Shown here piece by piece: positions 51,366 to 64,000 of a DNA stretch of 64,000 bases. Position 1 is the first letter of the stretch. The number at the start of each line of letters is the position of its first letter. This DNA comes from Balanoglossus misakiensis (lineage: Eukaryota > Animalia > Hemichordata): assembly GCA_040954595.2 (NCBI GenBank), contig CM082576.2, positions 11,163,129 to 11,227,128 of the forward strand, in the 5' to 3' direction. The notes beneath the pieces were generated by a model, which did no database searches, had not been told where the DNA came from, and saw nothing but the letters and a program-made list of their open reading frames with translations. A program made the translations under genes and the position numbers.

Positions 51366-51745
51366 AGCCGCTTCTCAGTACGAGACATGAAGAGGAGGCG
51401 AGCAACACAAGCGGCGGGGTTTCGGCTGTCTCCATTGTTCTTCCGATCGTTTCTGGGATTGCGGTGGTGCTTCTGGTGGTCCTTATCGTCGTCTGTGTGC
51501 GACTCCGGCGGAAATCGTCCGAGTGGCACTTGAAGACGACGACCAAGCCGGGGCTGCCGCCGACGCCCCCGTGCAAGGCGAAAAACATGGACCTGAAGAA
51601 TAGCAATTCAATTTACAATAGCGCTGCCACCACAAAAGAGAGCAATGTGTACGTGGACCCCAGTAAACTCAACTATGACTGTGAAATGGCCAGGTACAGT
51701 GGCATGTACAGCATGGGCAACAACAAACTTGGACACCAGTTGTAG
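51366..51745 (+). CDS. CRIM1: CRIM1 exon 15: transmembrane helix + cytoplasmic tail, stop TAG
   Basis: tctttttcag|. TM IVLPIVSGIAVVLLVVLIVVCV (about 51434-51499) followed by stop-transfer RLRRK. Tail contains ARYSGMYSM, like vertebrate ARFSGFYSM. Confidence 0.93.
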
Positions 51746-54700
51746 AGCGGCCATGTTCGTCCGTGTTGCTGTACGCGGATGAAACTGAACAGTATTTAAA
51801 AAAAAAAATGAAAATGTATATGTAGTCATTGACTATACACCCTATAAGCACCAGAAGAGACTGCATACCTGTGTATGGAGGAAAAAAAACTATCCAATAG
51901 TTTTGTGTGAGTGACATGTAACATATACAACTCTCTTTTTTTTAGCCCCAAAAGTATGCGTGATGGTGTAGACTGAAACCAATGCAATTAAATGCGTGCT
52001 TGTCTGTGTTGATCTATATACAGACACAGTATTTACTAAGTGTATTTGTCAGTGGAACGAAATTGCCAGACAGATGAAAGTAACATTATAAATATAACTA
52101 TGGCAATGTGTTTTTTTTTTCAGCGCTTCTGAGGCAATTGTCCTCAAGTAGTGCTTAGCAAGATTGTAAATATGTCCACAAGTTAGTAAGACAAAAATAT
52201 TTTAAAGAGAAGAGAAAATATTTTCATATTCAAAGTATCTTAAAAAATGTTTGTATTTGTATATTCTGGACGAGCTAGAGTTGGAGGGACGAGTGAAAAC
52301 AAAGACGTAATCATGACGTTAATTGGTGCCAACATCGTAAAACTTACTTGTAAAGTATACTTCTCAAGAGCCTCAAGTCTTGGCATGACAGCTGAAGGTA
52401 GTTTGTATATTGAATCTCTCCTTCAAAACAATTAAAGCCAACTCATTATTTTCACACCCGAATTCTTAAAGAGACAAACTCAGCTTTCTTTGAACTGGTC
52501 TGCTGCATACACAGTTGGTATTCAAAAATATGCAAACATATCATGTGGGTTATCTAAATATCCTCGAATAGATTATCGTCATGAGACGAATTCATGATTC
52601 AAATGGCAGTGATTTTTATAACTGAAAATGAACTTACACGGGGAGGTGTTTTTTACGGTTGACGGAAACTCAGATTTGTTGAGAGTTAAAAAGAAAATTA
52701 CATTTGACATACTTACAATTTGCAAGTTAATTTTGGGAATTAACACAACTGTCATCTGAAGGGTAGCGTTATTTTGTAGTTAGTTTTAAGTTTGCTGTCT
52801 CTAGAAATTGTACTTCACTTTGAAACTCTTTATCAACTTGGAATGCATTTGCAAATCTTTTATAATAACCCTATGTTTAGGAAAAGTAATATTTGAATAC
52901 CTTGAGTTTGGAACGACCACCAAGTGGTGCCCCTTAACAGTTTCCATTGTTTGTTTGACTTCGGCCCATTGGCTTCAGACAAAACTTGGTTATCACATCC
53001 CCAAAACAAATCTGCCACAGGTTTAGTGAGACAGTGATGTGAAAAGCTACAGAGGCTATCAATGATATGCAGTTTTTGAAAACAAAATGAAAGCCAGTAA
53101 AGGAACGCAAAAATGTCTTGACCTAATCCTACCACAACTGGTGAACTTCTAGTTCACATTCTGCTACGCTTTTCAGCTTTATACTGAATAAAAGATAAAA
53201 TGAGGGGGATGAGTTCAAAGTTGTATATCGCTTTGAAAGTTCGTATCTTTTGTGTAAGAAAGTACCTTAACTTGTACATCTGATGTATTTATTTGTAAAA
53301 TGCATCTTTTAAAAGTGTGGAAAAAGTAGTTCTCTGTAGAGATTACAATTAAAGCATGACTTTTTAAATGGGTGTTATTACATCGAGCAAGGCAGTGGTA
53401 TGACCAAATTTAGCAACACCAGTACAGGTACACGTACAAGCATTGCAACTGTGTGACATTATGTAACTATTCACCACTGACAAATATCATGCAAGTCACG
53501 CCTGCATGACAAAGTGTGTTGTCACATTGTCCACATTATATATCACACAAAGTGATACCCTGTTACCAAACCGTCACCCGAGGTGCTACAATGTGGTCAC
53601 AGTGTGTCATGTGGGCATGTCGGGTAGCTACAATGTGATACAATGTACCATTGCAGTACTTTGACAGGAAACTAACTACCCTGATAGAATGGTACCATTC
53701 AGCCATGTGAGCTACTGTGTGATACAATGTAGCATACTGCCAGCCGGATTAGCTACAATGTGATACATTGTACAAAACTCAACATTAAGTATTAAATCAG
53801 ACTGGAATACAATGTAGTCCTACTGAGCTACAGTTTGCTACAATGTACCTCAGTCTCACAGTGCTGCAATGTGTCACATTTTTTTGTTCTGATGTCAAAA
53901 ACTTTGTACTGGTTAGATGCTATAATGTAACAGTCTTTATGATGTTAGCAGGAGCAAATACAGGCCATTGAATCCACTTGCCTGAAGTACTAACTCTACT
54001 CTCGTATTCTATAATTGACAGTATTGCTTACAACTAAAAAGGAAAAACGACTGGGATCGCCAACCCAAAGTTTGGAATGACAAACAGTGGTAAAGGGCAT
54101 ATATGACTGTTGCATTATCCAACTGCCTTGCCTGATGCAGTAACAACTGTTATTAATAAAAAAAACCTATGACTTCAAATTGTTGCTTTTTAAGAAGCAC
54201 AAGAGGTCTGGTTTTCCTAGCAGAGAAAGTACATACATATACTATAATTTATTGTAGAATTCTATTTAATTTATTGTTTTGAGGTTATTGGTACAAAAAA
54301 AACGAAAAAAAAACAACAACATACAAGCCATGGGAGATGCGTCATAGTAGCTATCGTGTATATATTGTAGCATTCGCTGTTCAAAATTGTAAAAAAAAGC
54401 CAATATTGCTTGAGGAAAAACTGCTACATTGGAAACACAGCATTGTTAATAAGACACCTTTACTGTGTTTCTGAAATAGTTTTTAATGCAGCCCTATTGG
54501 AATTACTGCTTTTTACAACCATTTATATGATATATATTTTTTTGTCAAATGAGTTAATTGAGAGATAAGATATATTTTATGTGCTGTATGATAATGACGG
54601 TGAAGTGTAGAATTAACTAGCCACATTTAACCTTCATATCTTTTAGCAACAAAACTCAGAACTGTTCCTGCTAACTCTACTATTTTATATTTTCTGGGGT

Positions 54701-55545
54701 TTGTTTTCAATTTCTCCCCTTCGGAGTGATAGGCACGTCTGTCCTTACCGTACAATTCGTAAAGTGGGTGATCTTTCAATTATGGTGCAATTTCAAGCTG
54801 CCATAGAAATTTACAATTTATTCTCGTGTACTATTTTGTTGAATATTTTATCATTCTTGTGGTAACATTTTAACTTGTACTATACATGTGTACTACTGAC
54901 CGAGGCTCCAGTGTATCTCCTGTCCCAGTCTTCATGGTATTTACACTTTTTACATCTGAACACGACATGAATCAAGTTTCTCTATTTTAACATTAATACT
55001 TATTTTGGATCTTTCCTCTCCAGCACTGCTTTCTTTCCTTATTTTGAAAAAAAATCGTTCAGATATCTGATCAGTCCATGACTTGGTGTCCAGAACAAGA
55101 GATATCAAGTATTGTTTGGAAAGTGCTTTTAACCTTTGACCTGATACTTGGCAACTTTATTGCACCTCATCTTTAGTGTATGAAAACTGGACCCGATTCT
55201 TTCATGAAATTTGACAGATTCAAATAACAGACAAGTGAAACGTCAAGTTGATAAAGTTTTGTGGGAAAAAATTATTCTAAAATTGGCCGAATTTAACAGG
55301 TGGGTTTATGCGTCCCATTACACGAGTTGAATGGATTGGGTACAGTTTTCATAACAGTGCGTACGGTCGTCTGCAGTGGTACAAGTGCGATGTTGTTGGC
55401 ACGTTCAAACAAGAAGCGTCCACAGACAGTGGAGTTGGCAACGAAGGCAATCAAAAAATGTCGCTGACATGTATCGTATTGTAATGTGAATCTTGAGATA
55501 AAAGCAGCACAATAAAATTATATACATTTAAAGACTACACCCGGT
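51746..55545 (+). other. Putative long 3' UTR with candidate poly(A) signals
   Basis: AT-rich, with no recognisable ORF. AATAAA at 53187, 54155 and 55511. The last is followed by a GT/T-rich tract (ggtcttgtctctcatttttgt). Confidence 0.55.
53521..53880. repeat. Degenerate minisatellite built on GCTACAATGT/GATACAATGT (about 42-bp period)
   Basis: GCTAC..TGTG..ACA.TGT-like units start at 53585, 53627, 53711, 53752 and 53827. Nine ACA(A/T)TGT cores in total. Confidence 0.75.
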
Positions 55546-58500
55546 CTTGTCTCTCATTTTTGTAGACTGCTACATATTCAAACGGGACAAACCTAGAAAA
55601 TCTATGCCATCTGTGTACACATCAGGATTTCAAAAACAACAACACAATTTTCTGTTCCTGGACACCATGGTTATGTCAGTCAAGCTGGCTGAACACCTCA
55701 ACTGAATAGTAATTTTGAGAATGAGACTCATTTAACAAGCAAAGGAGGCCCTGACTTCATTCCCCTGAAACCAGTGGATATGGATTCCCAACATTACTGC
55801 CTTCATAATCCATGGCTTTTCAGGTGTATTTTCAGATGGTTTAAGTTTCACAATTTGTTGCTCGCTAGTAGATCTTGATACATCTAAAAATTTAGCCCTT
55901 TGATGTAGTATCCTGTAGTCACTAACTCTGCTTGATGATACTACCTTCATTGCAAAGTGTTATCCCACCACTATCGCAGCTATACAGGGCCATATTTAGT
56001 AGGCATTGTCAACAAATACAGCCACTCTGCAAATATGCTTAGAGATTCTTTGCAAATCAGTGTTGAACCCAGCAACATATACACGATTGTATTTCACACC
56101 CTAAAATCTCTTTCCCAATAAAGCTTTCAATTTTAAAAATATATGAGCCGTTTTGGACACCATTCTGCCAAAAGTAGCCGGATTAATTGACACATTTTCT
56201 TACTGGACAATTTACATGAAACACCTAACGTTTAACAAACATTTCATGATAGATTAAGATTGATTACAGCTCATGTCAATAACACCTACTTGAGAATATT
56301 TGTCCAGCCATAGCCACAAGCATAAATTCTTCTGATAAAATAATAATCCAATGATTGTTTGACATGTTAAGGTCAAGTTTTCACACTTGACATTTGTGGA
56401 GTTACAACTGCTCGTTATAGATAGACCCTTGGGTACTTGGGACTTAAAATAGCCGAGCTCTTCACCTATAGTTCCAAGGTATTGCACGTCCATTGCAGAT
56501 AACAGTCACCCAGTCAAACTATAATGCTTTTTTTGTTTTGAAATATTCCAAAAGTTAATGTTTACACCACACGAACGCACCTAGAAGAACAACAACACTG
56601 AATGCATGGTCACAATGTTTGGAATATGCTGACTCAGCCCAGTAACCAGGTAATTTTCGTTTTCTCTCATGGGAATCCCCCGGCAACAATCAAGTCAACT
56701 TTACAGCTGTTCCCTGAGGTAACTTCTATCTTTCACTTCCAAATCAAAACCTACTCCAAAGGTATTATATTTTCTTTCACAACTTGAATGGATGGTGTTT
56801 GATGGGGGGTATTTGGGGACGCATCACTCGTTATAACTCTGCCTTTGTGGTGTTTTCTTTTTGTCGTTTATAGTCTGTGAAAATTAACCTTGATTCAACT
56901 CCTGTTGGCTGATATGTAGGTTCCAGTTAACTTTTGAGTTGCCATTATAATAATAAGGGGCAGATAAGCCTCCCTGGGACTGCTTTCCCATTTTCCACGT
57001 CGGTCCCATCTACCATTTAATACTGAACATTCTGCAGTTACAATGATTGATAGCCTGAAGGCTGCATTCAAGCATTCCCCCACAAACACATAAATACACA
57101 CCTTCACCTGACATTTCACCTCTGCCCCTTGCGTCGTACAAGAGCTGCTGAGTCACATCTATAAATCTGGCTCCGGCCTGTTGCACACTACATTTTCTTT
57201 CTGTCGTCAATCCCCCAACCCCTTGGGGAATTGAAATTCATCTGTTGCACGGTCGGTAGTGAAGTGACCGTTCCGGACAGTGACAATTGCTTTGGCAATT
57301 ATCCTTGGGTGTGCGTTAATGGTCGTGTGTGTGTTATTTTCCTGGCCTCTGCGCACAATGACCAGCTGATCACCAATACAAGGGATATTTATTAATAAAA
57401 GGATTCAGGCAGCAGGGATATCACAATATTAAATCTGTCCATCAAATTGGGGAACCAACCTGTAATCCCCTTCTCTGTTTATTCGGACAGTTATAAGATT
57501 TGCAAGGCCAACCTTAAGCTTTGATGACCAGGATGCGACACACAATGGCGTTGATTAAGAAAACACAAATCAAGAATATCCTCAATTCACCGATAATATT
57601 TTTAGACGCTTGATTCATGGATGGGGGTGCCAGGGCTCTAGTGCAACATAAATAAAGAATAATCAGCTGTAGCGTCAGCTTTTGACCAGCAACTAGGAGC
57701 CGCAAATTACACAGCGTACATTAAAAGCAATTGACATTTATTAAATTCAATATCCACATATGCAATTACATAATATGACTGCAGCTGTGCATTAGCAACA
57801 CATGTACGAGTTTGATTGTGTTTACGTCATCATGCTATTAATAAGTTTTGTAAGTATTATTTTGGGCACATTTATTAGTTTTGAAACAATATGAGCTGAT
57901 GATCGAGGCACATAGAAAACTGTCCGTATCAGCTGCAAGTCTGAATACAAATGTACATGACTTTGAGATCAAAACTTGTGGCACACGGGATGGCAATATA
58001 TTATGTTTAGTGCCTGTTAATTAATGCTTTTGTCATGTACGTGTTAATTGTGATATAAATTTCTCTTGCTGATTTTGAAGGGTTCTGTCAACTTACCCAC
58101 AATTTGACATCCTTCCAGCTTTTGTGCTTATACTAGTACTCTAGTAGTACTGGCAAGGATGACTTGATTCTCCTGAATTGTAAACAAGTGCAAGTTGACA
58201 AGAGAGTTGTTCCTGATTCTAGGTCAAATTATCAATGTTAAACCGGTCTGACAATGCAGACATGTATATACACCTGGACATGCATTCAATGAAATACTTG
58301 GAATTCTTATCAATTCATGATATTCACTCCCCTATTGTTTGCAAATTCATTGACCATTGTGGCACATAAAAAAATGTCTAGTCTTTCTATATCTCTGTGG
58401 GACTAATTGAGTGACATTTTTTAGATTATGGAATTTTTATTAGAATGTCATTATAGGTTGCCTCCAATTGTTAAAGTGTAGATTTTAGTGATAAAAACAA

Positions 58501-59360
58501 GTTGTAAATCCGTGGAGATCTGAGACTTTGCACGCCCAGGCATTTAGGGAGTGGAGTTCAGGATTACGTTTGATTGATAAATTGGACACCTAAAAATACC
58601 ATCTCATCCAAAACAGTTGAAAAACCTGAGAAGGGGTGATGATGGTTTCATTAAGGAGGGGCCAATTATGTTAATGTTGGCCGTTACAGGATGTGCTGTC
58701 ATCCCCTCTGTAATACGTACAGCTCTTCAAATGCAGAAATGTGCTGTAAACCATTTTCAGGTGTGTCTGGCCTGACTGTGATCCTGCCAATTTAAGAGAT
58801 TTTCTTGATAAATCTCACAGGCTATAATTTTTAAATGTTGAAAAGCAAAGAGATTGTAGGAAGCATTGACAAATTCTTGAAGCGTTCTTTTTTTTTTATC
58901 ATTGAAAGATGAGGTTGGATGGCGCCTACGGGAGAACATGGGTTTGTGTGTCTAAAGGCTTGAAGAATTAATTGCAGAAAGGGTTAAGGTTCAACTGTAG
59001 TGTTGACTTTGGCCCAAAGAACTGACCAGCCAAGCACTGGTGCACAAACCACTCCATTGAAAGAAATATTCACATTTGTATTTTGGTTAGGCTTTGACTG
59101 AAATATGATATAAATCTGGAACCCGCAGCAATCAGGGTACTCGGGGGTTTGAAAAGGGACAGTTTGTAAACAATCCTTTCTAGTGAATAGATGCTGGACT
59201 GGTCAAGCATGTATGCAGACATCTCTGGTGCAAATGAGTTATGATTCTCTCGGTGTCGATAACGCTTTATCTAAACCTCTCAACAGCAAGTCTTTGTAGT
59301 GCATTCTAATACATCTAAACCTTAAAGACTTTGCAAAAAGCCTAGCTTTGGTTATTTATG

Positions 59361-59388
59361 TGTGTGCAGGTGATATCACCTGCACACA
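59361..59388. repeat. Perfect 28-bp palindrome
   Basis: TGTGTGCAGGTGAT|ATCACCTGCACACA, no spacer. Confidence 0.95.
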
Positions 59389-62300
59389 TATATTATAGGG
59401 CCTTCTCCTAATGTGATTAAAGATCATTGGTTTATCATGAGCGGTGCCATATAGTCTGATAAAGTTCAGAATATCTTCTTATAGAGTTCATTAATTTTCT
59501 TATTTTGGATGTCCATGAAAATATTTTGATATTGGTAAAAAACTTTTTTCGTGTATACAAAAATATGAACCACCTGTGAGAAGAACGCTGAGTAAACTTA
59601 TCAGTTACCAGGTAAAAGCAACTCTTTTCTTTGTGGTTATTTGTTCAAAAAAGGGTGGCCCAAGCATGCAAACTGAAGCTTTTAAGGTCAAAAAATCACA
59701 TTTTGGGGGGCCTTGTCACTTATTTGAGTAATCTGAGGATTGGTAAAATCTCCCTGTACAAATTGCTTGCTTTTGTATTAAAGTGAAAAAAAAGAAAGTC
59801 TTATAGAAAAAAGTGACAAAGATCAAACAAAAGGTGCTAGGTCACCACCAATCAGTACTCCTTGAAAGAGAAACGAGTCATGTAGCGCTGGTGGGGATGA
59901 TGTGAAGTTTGATGAAAACTGTCTCGGCTGTGTTGTGACAGCTGAGGGACATACAACTCCAATTGGGCTTTTTGTGTATATGCCCCAGTCAAGCTTGGCA
60001 GAATTAACAGTGGGCAGTTTGAGTGACAGGCAGTGTTAGAAGTTCAATACCCTCCTTTGGCTTGCCACAGCGTAGCCCAGGTGAGGAAAACCCAATAACC
60101 ATCAGGAGGTTGAATCCGCATTTGCACTCGTCTAGGTACACTTGTTGTTGTTTGGATTACAGGAGTCTCGATTTTCTCCGAGATGGTGTTGCTGCTGTAG
60201 ATATATTTGGTGTTTAATCTAAAACCTCTGGGAGAGTAATGATCCCTCGCCCAAGAGCAAATTGATTTTTCTCCCCTCTCGTGTGTGCCTTAACTTTGTT
60301 GTGAGTCAAAACAATAACAGAAGGCTGTCTGCAGTGGACGTAGAAAGCAGCTTGTCAGATATGAGTTCCTTCAATTTCCTTTTGATGCCATGATTGCCAT
60401 TCGCAGCTGTGGTTTGACCTTACTGTCAAAGTAATACTCAATCTGTAACTATAATGATGGCCACATCATGTCTAATTAAAAAGAAAATTGTATACTCTTG
60501 TTGCAGGCATCCTTGTCATTTTGAGTGATGCATCACTCTGTTTTCTGGCCACATGTTCACAAACATCTGTTGCATTATTATACAGCTAGGCTCCATCACA
60601 GAGGAAGGCTGCTTTTCTTGATGGAAATGTTCATGACAAGTGTGTGAGAGAAAAAAAGTCCAAAATTTCTTACATAACATGCCTTGGGGGGCTTTACCTC
60701 TAACCACTGCTCTCTGGAATGACAGGAATGTTTTGACTTAATTTCTTTAAAAAGTCGTCGGTCTTGTGTTTCACATGGAGAGCAGCGAAAATTAAAGAAT
60801 TCAGACTCCAATGCTATTTTTGTCTGTCTTTGATACACTAACTCTGGAATGCCGAAATTTCTATGTGTCTGTTGTGTCGCTGTTTGTCTCGTGTTGGCGG
60901 GAGGGGAGGGGGAGTTCTTGTCTTGGTGTCCCCCCCCCTCACATCAAATGAGATTCTTATCCCACCTACAGACCAAATGCTAGTTTTGTGGACACAGCAG
61001 CTTTTGAGTGGAGACTTTCAGAACGCTGAAAAGGAATGGCAGCTATGATAATAGAGTTGAGCTCTTGGTTAAAAGCGGTTTTTGTTGGCCATGTCTGTGT
61101 GTGGATGGATGACACAGCAAGAAGCCGTCCGAAGAAACAATTAGAAGTATGCGTTTACGTCAGTTATTGTGGCAACAACCATTTACGTCTGAGATTTTGA
61201 TTCAGTGTTAGTTTTTAGAATTAAAGAAACCTCACATACTGTGTTGTATCTTTGATTTTTTTTTTGTGGGTGTGTGTGTCATCACCACAATAGTAACAGG
61301 AAATTGCTGAATATGAGAAAGAAAGAAATCTTTTCAAATGTCAAAATTACAGGAATAAAGTTGGCCTCTTCTGACAATGTTTTGAGCGACTGTTGTTTCT
61401 CTTCAGAAACAGTAGACAGTGCAAGGGTTCTCTCACCTGTTTGTTGGTGTAATATATAAATTCCTTAATGACATAATGGTTATGTAACTGGCGAATTCAT
61501 GGGTGTTGCAGCTAGCTGTGTCTATATGCCAGATAGAAACAGCATTTTTCACCTGAAATGAAAATACCTAAGCAGCTTTTTGTCAAAGGACCCAATCCTT
61601 TAAGTGATAAAGTGGTTGAAAATCCAACTTATCACTAAAGAAAACTTTGTTCTCTAGACAATTTTTTTCCTTCTTTCTTTGTGATGTAGAATTGAGGGTT
61701 CCTGGGAGGGGGGGATTTGACAAGTTTAAAATAACCACCAGGAATCCTGAAACATTTAATATTCACTTATTAAATGCCTTGAGTAAAAAAGATGGGCTGC
61801 CAAAAGAAAAAAAAATTGATGTACATGTAACAGTGGCTGACAAAAAGTGCTGACCTACCCAAATCCTTTACCCCCCCCCCAAATCAAATGGTTCTCCCCT
61901 AACAGTTCATTGAGCTCAGTGCATGTAAGTGTCACATTTAAAAGAAGAACATTTTGTAACAGTTAATTCTCTGTAAACATGACTTTTTACGTAAGCTTTG
62001 TTCTTTGATCATTGTTTTTTTTCAGGGCACTAAATTCACCGTTGACTACCTGTTACATTCCAGAAAACAAACAACTTTGTCCATTACTTGTGACATAACC
62101 AAATAACTTCTGTCTTTCTTTTTTCTTTGACGCGTTTGTGTCGTTGAGGAGTGTGCCAATTAAGAGCAGCAGATATATACAAGCGGCGGGAAGATGAGTA
62201 ACTGAAGGAATTCAGAAGTTGAAGAGATAACAAAAGTGGGAGGGAGCACTCGGCAAGCATCACAGCCGCAATTTGCATCTCAAACAGTAGACAACACAGG

Positions 62301-64000
62301 GAAAAACAAATTGAAGCCCACCATCTCATCCATATGAATGACCGAGTCCCATCGTACCATGACTACCACACCACAGAATTTCTTTAAACAGGATACTTCA
62401 ATCACAATGACTAAGAGTGTCTCTGTAGCTCAGTGTGTGACTGTGTATCGTACGTCATACTGTCTCTCTGTTTGGAAGATGAACAGTATTGTCCCCTAAG
62501 ATGGATTCACACTGCTTGGCTGAATTTGTTGAGAAAAAAGTAAACATTTATAAACTTGAAATAATATGACCATGCACTTCAGCTGAACACCTTTTCCAGA
62601 TTTGCTCAAAAACAACTTTTGAAACTTTTAGTAAGGCCAAGGTGGAAAAATTGTTTATTTTTCACTTATTTAAAAAAAACTGTAGATGTACATGCAATTC
62701 AATGTCATGCTATTTTGGAAGGCCACCCACACATAATCAAGTGATCCAAAGTTAGCCGAGTTTAGACATCTGAAAAGGCCTGCGTGAAGCAGAGATCCAC
62801 AAGAGACAATGTGACGGTCAAATTTTTCATGTGGAGTGCACATTTGGAATGTTGCCAGCGTTTAACGGACGCACTAATATGACAAATTGTTCAAGTATCA
62901 CCTTACAGTACAAATGACATCACTTAAAAAGTACTGGTTATTTTTAATCTTGATATTTGATCAGGCAACATTTTTTGGGAGGGTTTTTTCCCTTGAATAT
63001 ATTCAACTGATTTCTGGAGTTTGCAAAGGAATAACAAACATCCATTTAAGCTTCCTTTTATAGAACCACCGACAATTTCAATCACCACTATATTATAACC
63101 CTGCAGCAATCTCAGTGACCATGAAAGGACAAAAAATCTCAATCTCTCACCCGATAAACAGAAACGTTGCAAGGGAATTATTGACTGCAGGATATAGCTC
63201 AATGTTAAGTTATGATGCAAGGTCATGCTACATGTACAAGTGTTGTAACTCATGGCTTTGTACTGCTTTCTCACTCACACTTAATCCTTGAGGAAGGAAC
63301 CAAACAAAGTACAAAAATATCTAAAAATACCATCAACCTTGATCATGGCTAAGTTTGACAGTTCTTTATCCAAATACTTATGTGCAGGAAGTGAACTGTG
63401 CTGTACTAATATCCTTGGGCAATCTGACTTTGACAATTTTAATATATAAAATTAGAAACTTGTGAGAAATCGAGAAAATACAAAATAGCAGTAAAAATTT
63501 TTTTCTCATCTCGAAGACTTCTTTATGTCTTCAAATAAGAATACCACTGGCAAAAGAAATTTAAAAATCTGGCATTCCAATTTCATGAGAGTCCACGGGC
63601 AAAAGTGCCTATCCTCAGCATCATCGAATGCACGCCAACTCCATCATCCGTCATGAGTAACGCGACCGTTGGTTCAAATTTCGTCGGTTGGTGAAAAAAC
63701 TAACAAATTGATGGTGACATCAAGTTCCAGTTCATTACACCTATCACTTACAGTAAATCTGATATCCCGATAGTCGAGTCAAGCTCCACTTAATCTGTCC
63801 ATCCGTGCCGCGCTGTGTAACCCCAAAATCAATTCTATATATTTCATGTTATTGGCATTGTCAATCACATAATCTGAACAATGTTGTTTGGGTGTAAGAT
63901 TATAGTGGAGGGTGGGCTAATTACGTTGAAATGTTACCCATCCTAATACTTACACTTATTATTTGTCAACACATTGGAAAAGCAAAATTTGTGATTTACT

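Larger units (their letters stand above)
9263..51745 (+). other. CRIM1: CRIM1 orthologue, whole gene span (15 coding exons, about 1017 aa type I membrane protein)
   Basis: Exons joined at GT-AG sites keep frame: 310+153+249+121+122+333+114+276+210+213+219+189+54+111+380 = 3054 nt. The order signal peptide-IGFBP-Cys repeats-2xVWC-4xantistasin-4xVWC-TM-tail is the diagnostic CRIM1 architecture. Confidence 0.95.

Noticed and set aside
53521-53880. CRISPR-like repeat-spacer appearance
   Set aside because: The context is eukaryotic, the repeats are degenerate and short, spacing is irregular, and there are no cas genes.
61690-61902. Possible MITE ending in C-run + AAATCAAATGGTTCTCCCCTAA
   Set aside because: Only one plausible terminus is present. 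I could not verify a matching TIR or target duplication.
55550-64000. Search for a downstream neighbour gene (e.g. FEZ-like, as next to human CRIM1)
   Set aside because: No recognisable exons on either strand, and the ORFs look random.

Overview
This is eukaryotic (animal) genomic DNA, not a prokaryotic locus. It holds one complete, intact, 15-exon + strand gene encoding a CRIM1 (cysteine-rich motor neuron 1 / Crimpy-type BMP modulator) orthologue, from ATG 9263 to TAG 51745. I assembled the exons by hand from GT-AG boundaries. The phases are consistent and give a 3054-nt CDS (1017 aa). Domain order: signal peptide, IGFBP domain, Cys-rich repeats, a truncated VWC1, VWC2, four antistasin repeats, VWC3-6, a Ser/Thr stalk, one transmembrane helix and an 81-aa cytoplasmic tail. 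Intron 2 is about 32.3 kb. The rest is non-coding: a CCAAT/CpG-rich promoter, a long AT-rich putative 3' UTR, two clear MITEs, a perfect 86-bp tandem duplication, several palindromes and microsatellites. The host is probably a marine invertebrate deuterostome (inference only). I found no second protein-coding gene, RNA gene or CRISPR array, and no convincing novel multi-gene system. The most unusual items are a dense array of DMRT/Doublesex-type ACAWTGT motifs in the 3' region, the half-length VWC1, two small stalk exons (one with an RxxR site) and a perfect 28-bp double-E-box palindrome. Comparisons with human CRIM1 are from memory and need checking by alignment.
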